This document shows positions 30,114 to 42,400 of a stretch of 64,000 nucleotides of DNA, in pieces. A program made the translations under genes and the position numbers. A model generated the notes under the pieces. It saw only the letters and a list, made by a program, of their open reading frames with translations, ran no database searches and was not told where the DNA came from. Source of the stretch: the human T2T-CHM13v2.0 reference genome, Homo sapiens; NCBI RefSeq assembly GCF_009914755.1, contig NC_060930.1. The stretch is one strand, 5' to 3'. Each line of letters begins with the position of its first letter. Positions within the stretch are counted from its first letter, which is position 1.

Positions 30114-30210
30114 ATGCACTTGCGACTGATTTCTTGGCTTTTTATCATTTTGAACTTTATGGAATACATCGGCAGCCAAAACGCCTCCCGGGGAAGGCGC
30201 CAGCGAAGAA
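30114..30210 (+). CDS. RSPO3: R-spondin 3, coding exon 1 (signal peptide and basic propeptide-like segment)
   Basis: ATG at 30114 (ACTATGC) encodes MHLRLISWLFIILNFMEYIGSQNASRGRRQRR, recognised as the RSPO3 N-terminus. 97 nt, followed by GTAAGT donor at 30211 (phase 1). Confidence 0.98.
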
Positions 30211-33200
30211 GTAAGTGCAGGGTTTTTTACGCGTTTGCTCCCTCCCGCCGCGTTCACCTGTCGGGTCGCTTTGCCTGTCCGGAGCCGGCTCCCAACTGCA
30301 GCGGTCCTCCCGCCCTGCGCCTCGCAGAGGAGATGCAGGTTCGGGCTTTGGGGGTATGGACGGCGTCTTTCACCCTTGCCTCTCGGCGCCCCTGCCTTCC
30401 GCAGCATCCTAGCCGGTGCGAGGGGCGGGCGGACGCGGCGCTAAGGTGGCTCCCGCCCCATGGTAACTTCAGGTTCGCGGGAAAGTTCGGTCCTGGGTTA
30501 GACTCGCACCCGGGATTTGTGCTTTCCTTTTGAGGATCGGACAGGGGCACCCAGCCGAAGGCACTTGGGACTCCCAGACGCAGGATGCCTCTGACCGCTG
30601 AGTAAATGACAAGGGAGGCGCGGCCGCGGTACCCGCTCACCTAGCGCAACCGCCTCGCGCGGGGAGACCTCGGCTGGGCCCTTAGGCTGGACTCCGGTAG
30701 CCGAACGCCCGCTACCCGGCCAGGAAGCCAGGGAGCGAGCGCCTGCGCGGCCGCATCCCCGACACGCACCAGCGGAGCCAAAGGGCGCGCGAGGCGATGG
30801 GGTTCGCGTGTCTGCGCGTTTGCAGAGCTGCCGGACGTCCCCCGCCCGAGGGTTGAAGACAGCAAAACCCCAGCTGTGGGGAGCCGGAGGTGCGGAGTTT
30901 CCAGGTTCTCTCTTGTCACATGTGAGCGTCTGTACCATCTCTGGCCCTTTCAAGTGTGTCCCCTGGGACACACACGTACAGAGAGTGGGGTCTCCCTAAA
31001 GATTCGCCTCCTCGCTGCCCTTAATGCTGTTATTTGGAGGGTTGGATTGTGATGGCTTCTTAAGACGGTGTCCTAGCTGGAATTAAGCGGACACCACCAC
31101 GGCAGCCTCAACCTGGGTTGGTCTGTCTGAAAGGTAGAATCTTCCCAAGATGAAGGGACAGATGCGAAGGTGTCACCTCTCCTCGCTCCAGGGTAGCCTG
31201 GCGCCCTCGCTGCTCTAGTGTCTGTGTTCCCATGGGGAGTCCTTTCGCAGATCTCAGAGCAGGGGCGACCCTGGCTCTATGGTTGGGGGCGCTGGTGGAG
31301 AGAGGGAGGAGGAAACTTCTCCTGGAGCTCGCGAGGGGCAGGAAGCGATGCTGCTGCTCTGGGCTCTCGCACCTCCGCGGCGTGCAGCCCAGGCCCAGCG
31401 GCCCCACCTGGTTTCCCAAGGGGATCCCTCTCCCAGCGTCCCGCCCGGGAAGCCTTTCGGGGCAGACGTCGGGGCAGCGCGGAGGACACAACACCGGCTT
31501 GTGTGAGATGGAAATTTAGTAATCGCTTCTCGGCCGCTGTTTGTCCCTGCCCTGCCCCTGGGCATGAGGGTCCCCTGAAAGCTCCCTTTGTATTGCTGGC
31601 CTCGGCCAGACAAGGTTTGATTCACCTGAAAATTGCCTTTTAAAAAGGTGGCAGTGCCAGAGCGACAGGGGCCCTGGCCGGGCCTCACCGCCTTTAGGAT
31701 CACCTAGCAGGGGGCAGGAGAGCCCAAACTAAATATGTCAGGGCATCCGATTTATTATTCTTGGCCTCCGAATGGTGTGTACTCTGGTAACTCCCCACCC
31801 ACTCTTTCATTCCGGCCCGGACGCGGAAGGGGAGGCCTGGGGTTCAGCGGTGTCCACGCGCCTGGCGGTCCCCGCCTCCTCTCCTCCCAGGGTCTGGCCT
31901 GGGGAATTGAGTCTCAGGGTCAGTGGGCATAGGGAGCCCGGGCTGGAGCGCAACCCACTCTGCTTTCCATCCGCTCTTCCAGCCCGTGCCCATTGGGCGT
32001 CCCAGAGCACGCTCTCTCCTTTACCCCCACCGAGGACCCCCGGGCTGGGAGCCACACACTTGTCAAGGAGGGACAGGGTACTGAGTGTCAGAGGCGTCTC
32101 GCTTTGCAGTTTTGGGGCCCCTGATTCTGAAGGAAGACACAGGAAAGAAAGCTTGTAGTCCTTTTGTGCCCACCTCCCCCAGCGAGGACCACGGCGCAGG
32201 AAGCTTTCCCCGGGCGCTGCCTCAGGGAGCTGTGGGATGATGCACCTCTAGGTTGGGCCGAGAGGAGTCAAAAGGCAAACTGCTTTTCGACCTGCCTTAA
32301 TCATCTCAAGGCCAAGTCAAAGGAGACCTCTGTTTGTGTTGAGGGGATGAAAGAAGGAATAGTGGAACTGGGTTGCAATTCCAATTTTTCTGTGGGAGTG
32401 GGACTGGGAGACAGCACCCACAGCGATGCTCTTGCTCCTTCGCACTTGAGTCTGCGTTTGCGGCTTGGTTTGCTGGTGCAATCCTGGTAGAGGGGCGACC
32501 CCTTGCGTCCTCGGAGGAGACAGACTAGACTCTTGGCAGGTGCAGTATGACTTAAGGAGGAAGGAGTGGAGGGTAGAGAGGTCCTCTTTAAATGCCCAGA
32601 AACTCAAGGTCAAACTGCATGTGCACAAACTCAGATATACCGTTTGTTTTGAAATCTCTGGGGGAAAAAAACGAACAAAAAGATTCAATTCACAGTTCCT
32701 GTTTCTCAAGTAAGGACTAGGAAAAGTTTTTAAAATGAAAACATGTGGTCAAACGTGTTTTCAAAAGAGGCTGGCTATCCTAATTGTTTCTTCAAGAGAC
32801 AATTAAGTGAATATTTAAGGAGTCTTCTGGCCTGTAGTTATATAGTTTCAATTTCCTAAGCTTAAAACCATCAATAAAGATATGACAGGTAGAAAATTAG
32901 GTGTTAAAAACTGTTCTACAAAAAATTTAATGGTCTCTCTTGATTTAGTAGGAAACTTTTTTGTAAACAAGAACATTCATTTGAAGTGTTAAATATTGTC
33001 ATGTCCAAAGAATCATGCATTATCCTCAGAAATAGCAAATAAAGCCATATCAGTATTCTCCTGTTTCCCTAAAACAACTGTAATTCCATTTGTCTCTACT
33101 TTGATATAAACTAGTGATCCTAGTTATTACAAACTAGTGTTTCTTCTCATAAAAGAAACAATGTTTTAAGACAAGACCCTTGTACTTTAAAATGTCTATT

Positions 33201-36200
33201 TAGTTATGGGTGAATAAATACACAATAAATTTTTATCTATTTGAATTGGTATACAGCTCTTAAAAATGACTCAACCTTTGAATTCCAGATTGTGTGCTAA
33301 TAACATTAAGAAGCACTTTTTTTTTGCCATAATGATAGCCACAGAATCTTAGTGGGGCCTCACATTTTCACGTGGATTAGTTGCTTGGGCCCTGAAATAG
33401 CCACTGAAGTGAAGAAGCAGGTACTTATCTTCCCATCTTAGAAAGAAAAGGCCTGAGAACTAGAGGCTCAGTAACCTACATAATGCCATATATCTAGCAA
33501 GTGGAACTTGTCTCCTGCCATGAATCTCACAGTTATGTACACCTTTATTCTATATTCTGGTCATAGAGAAGATATCAGGTTTATTAAGTAATAAATTAGA
33601 TGGTCTCAAGGCCATCATTTATTCAATAGGTTTAGAGAATAAACTGTTCTCCTTGACTGGAAATTTTTGAACTCATTATTTTATATAATGGTGATCAATG
33701 TCAAAGAATTAAATACCTAATAGTAAAGTTTTCTAAACGGAATATATCATTTGATTATCTAGGAGATACTATGGGATTATTCTGTGCCAGAAGGTTATTG
33801 TTAGAAACATCAGATGGCATTTAGCATCCTTTTTATTTGATGCCATCTAGTAGCTCGGTTTTAATTGTTCAGACTCTAGATAAATGCAAGTTTTGAAAAG
33901 CCATTATATGCATAATAATTTAAAAGCACTCATTGCACAATCTATAAAACTTCGCAAGTCTTTCATAAAGACGTCTGAAGAAAGAGAGAAAGAATAAAAA
34001 GGAAATAATTTTCATGGTAATAAAATAAAAACAGACTATTGGAATGTACTGGTCATTGCTCATGACATTGTTTCAGATGTTGAGCCAGTCTTTGAAATTA
34101 TGACACACCCTTTGTGATTATGTTGTGAATCCTGGAAAATAACAAGTTAACTGATAAAATAGAAAAATCTTTAATTCTACTATACATTTTGTAATATTAA
34201 TTTCAAATGAAAGTTTGGTTTGGATATTGACTACAATGTATTTTTCACACTTGTCTACGTTTCTCACCAGTCTGCCTTATTTTTGAGAGTAACAGTGTTT
34301 TAAAGATACAGACACGAATAGAATTTGCTGAAGAAAGTGTATTCTTTGATACGTCGTGTAACAGCTGTATAAATCAAGACAAATGCAAATTCATATGCGG
34401 TAGTGGCAACATCTAAATGCAAGGAAAAACATCTTTGTGAACTCAAATTTAATCATCATTACATTATCAGGGTTGTTTCTCAAAATATCCCATGGTGACA
34501 CTATTTTAATTCCGTTTATTACTTTAATAGAAGGATTTTAACAAGAACGTTAGAAATGGTAATTTTAAAATACCTTCTTTTTAGCCCCAAGTTACTCAAG
34601 TAATGAGAATGTAAGAATGAGTATGAAACTGATTTAATGTTGTTATTTCAATATTCCTTTAAACATGAAATATGAAGAGTATTTGAACTTGCAAATAGAT
34701 AAGCTTTACTAAGTCATTTCTCCATTAAATAATTCCCTGGCATTTAATATTGTACAAATTAGGTCCCCAGAAAGCAATGAATGGAAATTACAACGTGTAG
34801 TAAAATTTTATTTTCCAGTTATTATGGGGAAACCCTTGCTGCATTGCTCCAAAATGAATTTATTAGACATCTGATTATTTTAGATTATTTGAATCTGGAC
34901 AGAGATCTCCAGATTGCTACTAAATGTCTAAAATATTTTCTAGTTCAATGGTTAATCTTTTTTTAGTTGTAATAATTCTTTTGAATCCTATGCAATGTTG
35001 GCAGAGTACTATGTAGAGTTTTCAGAGCCCTATGTAGAGTTAAGACCAAAATACACCTCTGCAATTATAAGAATGAGCTATGAAAAAATAAAACTATTCT
35101 AGATATACTGATTTGCCAAATTGTCTTTTCCCCTTTGTCTCCATCCCAATGTTTCATTTTGGACATATCTTGATCTCTCTCTTCCTACTTCTTCACTATT
35201 CACTCACATATCCCATCCCCACCCCAAAAAAATTATTTTCCAAGTAGTGAATTCTTGAAATGCCATCAGAGTGGATATTGTGTTTCATGAAATGTAAGAA
35301 AAAACTTTGGTTACCATTAGGAAAACATCATTCAGTTTTAAGAGCACAGTAAGGATCATGCAAGACAGTGTGTTGAAATTATGTTTGACTTGGTTAGGAC
35401 TATTTCTTCTAACAGTGCATTATGTGCTGGCATTTTTTTTTTGAAAATAATAATTTGAAAAAATGTTGCATCATAAATTGCACAGTTTTTTTTTTGCTTG
35501 GCCTTTGATTTTAAGGGCAAATGTAGATTGCTTTCTTAATTAGAGATTTTTCTCAGGGTTTCACATGATTGAATATCTTAAAATTTAATATCTGACAACC
35601 TAGTAAATTTGAAATGCTTTGCAACCATAACTAAACACATGAAGTACAGCATATACATATGTAAAAGATGCTAGCCATCTTTTCTGTTTCTTCAATTCTG
35701 CCCATCAGATCTTTCCATTCAGGAATATTACTGGCATTCTGATTAAAGTAGTCATCCAGCAATACTGAAAAGAATGGGGTGTTCCATTCTCAAAGACTGT
35801 GGGGGTGCTGAGAATGCTAAATATCTAAATGTCATTGATTGCTAAGAATCCCATTTTCTGCTCTAAAGTTTCAATAACATGGATCTTTTAAGCAAAATAC
35901 CTGAATTCTTTTCACATTTGAACTGTTTGAATAATTTTTAAATTTTATTTTTAAAAAACAGGGTTGCAGGTGCCTCTTATCTGATAAGAGCATTTCTGCT
36001 TTATTTGTCACTTGGCAAGGGACCTAGGTGCTATCTGCTGTAGCTAAAATTTTTCTTGAATTTTTTTAGAGAAAATTCATTGGTACTAAAGAATATGATT
36101 GTCCAATTAAATAAATATTTAATGGCTTTTAACTGTCCTTATGTTTTATGCAAACATCTAATCTACTCTTCAAAACACCGCCTTATTAATGTTTCATCTG

Positions 36201-39200
36201 ACCTTTAGAATTTAATTAATTGCAAGTATCATAAGTTTGTGGTAGAATCTGAGACCTGAGAAAGAAGGCTCCTTAGTGTATGTTGGGAGAAGGTAGACTC
36301 AGAAGTTAAAGACCTGGGTTCCAGATCCAGCATTGCTGCTAATGCCTGAATAACCCAAGAAAGTCCTTTTACTATACCAAGCTAAACTTTTTCATCTGCA
36401 AAATGAGGAGGTTGATCAAAAACTTAGATCTAGTGATCCCTACGGTTTCCTCAACATTTAATCTTTTGGTATGAGAATATAAGTCACAACTAGGGAGTTA
36501 AATAATAACTTGTCTTATTCAACTAAATTTAACAGATAAAGATTGAGTACAAACAAACATAAACATCCATTGATTATAAGTAAATTTATCACATAAAGGT
36601 TAACGAGTAAGTGATCAATGTGGATAATGAATTAATTATGATATACCTCATAATTCACATTTTTTATTGTCTGAAAACCATAGTCACAGCAACAATCAGC
36701 ATACTCAGTCTACCCCATCTTGTCCTTAGGCTCAGGGTTAGGGAGCTGGATCAGAATACTGACTCAAGGGTCACTTCAGAGCTTCCCTAGCATGGCAGGC
36801 TTTCAGAGGTGGCCTGTAATTATGAGGAAGAGATGATTTACAATAGTCCAGGTTTAAGAAAATAAGGCCCTAGGCTACAACAGTGAATGACTGCACAAAA
36901 GAGTATATACAGCAGATAATTTCTTTTAATCAAATCAGTAGTTCTTGGCAATTAATTGCATATGAAAGGGAAAGAGATGGAGGCCCATATTTGGCAATAA
37001 ACTTTGGAGTATAAGGACTCAGGTCTGGGTGAATGGAAAAATGATGACGATCAACAAAAAGAAAAATAGGAGAAGCAGGTCTTGTTGGAAATCTGTTTCT
37101 CTTTTGAGGAGCCAGTAGGACGTTTAGGAACTCAAAACTCAAAACACCTGGGATTAGAGTATTAGGGCTGAACACAAGTACTTCAGAGTCACTCACATAA
37201 AAATGATGTTTATTATTATCAAAAGTGTGTGCTCTCCTACTGATACGGGGGTGTAAAAAATGTGTGCTGTGATGACATTGAGACTCACTCTTCTTGGTAA
37301 TGTCAAAATAACATTAATTACATTAAGGTACCTTGTCTATTTTAAGTAGTTTAATATATCATTTTCAACTGTGGTTTTTTATGGTTTTTATAATACTCTC
37401 TGTGTTACATAAGAGGATGGTCACTGGTATCATAAGCTGTAGTTGTTGTTGCCAAATCTTGCAGCTGAAAATTGCACTTAGAAGTCTTCTTACCTGTGGA
37501 ACTTTGCCACAGATCATAAGGAGACCTGAAAAACTATGATAATGAAAGGCAAGTTTACATAAGGTATAAAAATAAAATTTTGAACCATTGAATTGGGTGC
37601 AGTATCTGTTCATCACTGTAGCGTTCTACTTTTAAGTAGATTTCTCTACAAAGTATGCTCTCTTAATATAAGAGAATCTCTGGAAGGGATAAAACTTGAA
37701 AGAATCCAGTCCATCTACACAGTGTGGGATCACTTCTACAACATCCCCACTGAGTAACTGTCTAGCCTCAGTAACAGTCAGCCCCCTAAGCTCTCCCCCT
37801 TTTTCCTCCTATTTTTAGGGCTTCTGTATCCAAAGCAGTTTATTCTCCTAGTCCTCTTCTTTGCACTTGGCATGGGCATGGTATTAGATCTAGTTACCTT
37901 AAAACACCTTTCTAAAATGAACACACAGTAACGCAATGTGCTACATTCACTCCCAAAAATTGTCCTTAGAAAACTAGCTGGTAAGCATATTTATAATTAT
38001 ACCCCAATACAAAGCACATTCCTGAGAGTAAGTGGTAAAGCAGCCCCCATTTTATAACCACATAATACAAACCACTACCACACAATATAAAATAACAGAA
38101 TTTGTGAGCTGCTTATTTTAGAACACTGTTTTCTTAACATATGCTCGATAAGTTGGTAAGAAAAACAGCAGTCCTTTCTCATTGTTTTTTGTTCCCCTGT
38201 TCTACAAAGAGACTTCAAAGGTAAGAACACTGTCATCTCAACAAAGGCTGTCATATATGCAAAGCAAATATCAATCACATTTTGCCAACAAGAAATAATA
38301 TGCCAAAGTATGTGTAAGTGCTACATGGCAAACAACAGCTTTTTAGCTCTCAGAGCCACTGTTATATTTATGTACATCTTATCTAAATATGCATGTATAC
38401 TTACTAAAGTGAGTATTATGATAATAGTTATTACTCAATAGCTCCCATGTTATAATCACCAGTAAGTGCCAGACCCTTTGCTTGATGCTTTTGCAAAAAT
38501 TATCTCATTTGATCTTCATACCCACCTGTAAGGAATGTGCCAATAGTCCCACTTTCATTGATCACTCAAGGAATTGAGGTGGACCTCAGATTCCAGTCTA
38601 GGCTAGACTCCAAAGCCAAGGTCCTTCTTTGATTCTTCACTCCACCTTAACATTAGGGTTGGTACTTGAGGCAATCATGGTGCATTTTCTAAATTCCACC
38701 CACTCTTTCTTTCTCTTACTCTCTCTTCTTTCCTCCTTCTTTCTTTATCCTCATTTAACAAACCATAAGCCTTTTTTCAAACATTTACTATAAAGGTTGC
38801 TTCTGGTATTCAAGTACCCTCCTCTACATCGCTTTCTTTTCCTTACCCTTTGTCCTCTCTTTCCTTAAACCTGTCTTATTGATGAGTTTTAAACATAAAA
38901 GTTTGCTGATTTTTTCATTAAAAGCAATAGGATTGCACAGTTTATATGAAAGACTCTGTGATTGTTATTTCCATCTATGGTGCGCGTAACCAAGAAAAGA
39001 TTAATGTAGGCATGAGAATGTTGGAAAAGTCTGTAATTTTGCAGTTAAAAATCAGAATCCTTCTATGTAATTTACAACCACAATAGATATTTTACTGGCT
39101 ATTGTTATCCAGAAAAAGTTATCTTTATGGCACTTCATAAAGTCTGTTATTTATATTACTTTTACCATGAGCATTAACAGTAACCTCCACTCTGAATTCT

Positions 39201-39217
39201 TGCTTTATGGGTCTTGG

Positions 39218-39420
39218 TACAATGATTTTCCGCCCTGAGGTCACATTAGAATTTCCTGGGGATCTTTAAAAAGATACTAATGCCCAGACTCCACCCTTGA
39301 ACAAATAAAACTATCTTCTCCACCCTTGAACAAATAACACAATCTTTGGGGATGGTACCTGAATATCTACATTGTTTAAAGTAGTTCTGGTGATTCTAAT
39401 GTGCAGCCAAGACTGAGAAA
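39218..39420. mobile_element. MER5-like DNA transposon relic with an internal 29-bp tandem duplication
   Basis: CACATTAGAAT..CCTGGGGATCTTTAAAA...GGTGATTCTAATGTGCAGCCAAG. Confidence 0.7.
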
Positions 39421-42400
39421 TATTGTAAGAGCCTTAATTCAATAATGACTATTGCAGCTAAGCAACCACTGAAAACCATGCCAGTTTTGGGAAGGCTAGA
39501 CAGACAAAATAGACGTATGTGGAGTGTGATTACAAATGAGATAGATGTCATTTGAACAAATAGTAGTGTAAAATATAAAGTATTCTGATACTGTTGATCA
39601 ATACTCTATTGATCTGTATTGTTGAACAAGAGTATTATTAAACTTGTAGCACTGATTGGTACAGACAAGACTGTCTGATAGAGAATTATCTCAGTCAAAA
39701 GAACAGAGCAAAATGCACACAATAGGACACACTAGTGAATGTAACAGATGCTGGCTTCATAGAATAAGAACACAGCTACTAGGAGAGGTACAAACCATGG
39801 GGGAGTGTCTTTGCTGCTGAGCTATATTGTGTGGAGGGAGTATAAATAGGACAGTTTTAGAAGATGGGTATCAGCCATACTCAAACTTTTTTTCAAAGCT
39901 ACTTAATAATAAACAACTGTTTTTATGTCTTACCAGATGACTGGTAATGTGCCCTAGAGTCCTCCTTGTTTTTAGGGAAAACTTAATGGTTAGGAAATAC
40001 CTAACGAGAAATAAATGTCCTTTTCTTTTATAGTTTCTACAGTTCCTGACTCACTTTAGATTGACTACTGGTGATCACTAAAACGACTATAAATAGCACA
40101 GTTTTAACTCTACCTTAATGGGTTCTGTTTTGCAGTAGGTCATTTATTCATGAACTTATCATTTCTACTTCACTCCTAATGTGCTCTTCTTTGGGTAGTT
40201 ATCTCCATTAAATCGTGTTTATGAGTCTTTTTTAGTCCATGAAGGATTTTCAAATCTTGCCATAAACTGGGGAAAGTTCCATGTAAAAGTGGGGTGGAAG
40301 TCTGGGCTTCCTGACAGACTTAATCCTGCTAGTTAAGGGGGCTCTTTGGGATAATATGGGTTCCAATGAGTCACTAGGCCAAATCCCAATAACCGCAGTT
40401 GCCAAAAGTAATTAGACTGAAGAAAGCCAGGCTCCTTGGGAGGAAGGTCATCACAGCGAGCTTTAGCCATTGCTCCAACGTCAGACCTAGTTAATTGTCC
40501 CTAAGGATGGAGAGCAATCATGAGTTCCAGAGAGTAGGAAATATACCAGAAAACAATGCTTTTTCACTAATTTTTTTCCCAATAGGTTATTTACCATAAG
40601 CGTGCAAGAGATGGAAATACGTCATCAGTATGTGCAGTTTATGTCACTATCCTCATAAACCACCTTGTTTGCCTGTGTGAATGTACGTGCCCACATAGAG
40701 AACTCCCAATTCATCACTACAAGTTCTCCTCCTCCCTTCCTGAGTAGATAAAGAACTCAAAGAATCTAGTCTAAGTTCATAAAAGAAGGTGTCTGACTAG
40801 CATGGAAATGGAAGGGAAGGAATTCTTGTAAACATCCTTAGGTCAACTTAAATATCATATTATTGAAGTAACATTTGGCAACAAGAAAATGGTAGTACAT
40901 TATATCAGACAAGCAATTCTAAAATATCTGGAGCTAGAACAAACTTATGATTTCTTGTACTGAAAATAATTCACTTTAGAAACATGGTGTTGTAAGTATC
41001 TAAGTAGAAATTATCAACAAGTAAGTGGTGCTATAATTTTAAGCTTTCAATATTTGAGAAATTAAAAGATTGTTAAACCTTTCCCTAGGAAAATACTCAA
41101 GTAGCACAAAAGTATTCTTGCTCAATACCCAAAGTAAAAATTTGCCTTTGAAACCATTGGCTTGGATACCCAGAAAAGATACTCCATCACTTTATGTAAC
41201 GGATCTTTAATTGAACAAAGACACTGTCCTTACAGTGGTAAGTTTCAAATTCCTTTATGGTTCAGAATGACTTCAGTATATTTCAGCACTCTTTTGAGCT
41301 TAGACTACCAGTTCTCAGTTTAAATATGTGGATGAGTGATATTGCTTATTTTAAATCTACAAACAGGAAGTCAAACTCTTTTTCTGGCCAGCTTTTTCTG
41401 GCAACTGGAAATCTCCAGGTATCATCTGGCAGACAAATAAATCCTGTCCTTGTGCACTGCACACATCTAATAGTTATCATGACCTGATTGTCACTATGGC
41501 CAATATTGTGGAACAATGTATTTAATTTTCTTTCATCTTAAATTGACAATAAGATAACCAAAGAATAGAAGAATCCTAATTTTGGAAAAACTTAGCAAAA
41601 TTTTTTGCTGTGTTTACTTGTACCACTGGTCATGTAGTTTCTGCCATAAAATACAAACGGTATGGACAAATGCTGCTTGGCCACAAACTGAGGACATACT
41701 GAGAAGCTACATATTTGTTTCTTATAGAATTTAGTTTTGTTTTTCAATTTATGATGAGTTTTTTTTTATATGGAGTCCAAAAGGACCCTCGTTGCTTGTT
41801 TGGTAACAAGGAACAAGGTCCAAACATGGTATCCTTAGCCCCTCTGACTTTAATTCACACACTCTCATTTCATGCCATCCTCAAGATGGTAATTCTCAGT
41901 CCCCTCCACAAAGACTGAATATAATTTTAAAAGGACAGTCTTTCTTTCATATAGCACATTTCTAAGACATCCAGCCAACTTTCCAGTTCTATCCAGAGCT
42001 TAATGTAGATCCAAGCTTTTAACACAGATCAGTGGGATTTCCTTGGAGGCCAGTTAGGCTTGCAGTATCACATAGATGCATACTTGGCCCTAGTACAATC
42101 AATAACATTTGCTATCATATCCAGCCTGTGTTTTTAAACCTGTGGGCATTATGTGACCATACCCCAAAGTTTAGTTTCTAACAGAATAAGGGAGAGTTGC
42201 AGGAAGAGAACCTCCAAACAATTTCATGCTATAACTACCATCTTCAGTATCCATGTGGACATCCCATTGACATTCCAGGAATTCATTTTAAACTGTTTGC
42301 CTCTGAACTGAGTATGTGCTCTAAGGAGAGCCTACGATCCAAGAAACCTTCATGTAACAGTTTTTACCCAAACTATTTAATTCACAAGCTGTTGGGCTGA

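Larger units (their letters stand above)
29030..31500. promoter_or_regulatory. CpG-island promoter of RSPO3, with GC-rich shoulders to about 28450 and 32520
   Basis: Abrupt switch from AT-rich, CpG-depleted DNA to very GC-rich, CpG-dense DNA spanning exon 1. GC boxes include CCCGCCCC at 29942 and GGGGCGGG at 30422. Confidence 0.9.

Noticed and set aside
30211-30533. In-frame read-through of exon 1 into intron 1 (139-aa ORF with a signal peptide)
   Set aside because: A consensus GTAAGT donor sits at 30211, the extension is GC-rich noise, and I saw no nearby poly(A) signal. It would need intron-retention evidence.
29040-32490. Many overlapping 100-230 aa ORFs on both strands of the CpG island
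   Set aside because: Expected from stop-codon scarcity at high GC; Pro/Ala/Arg/Gly-rich with no recognisable family.
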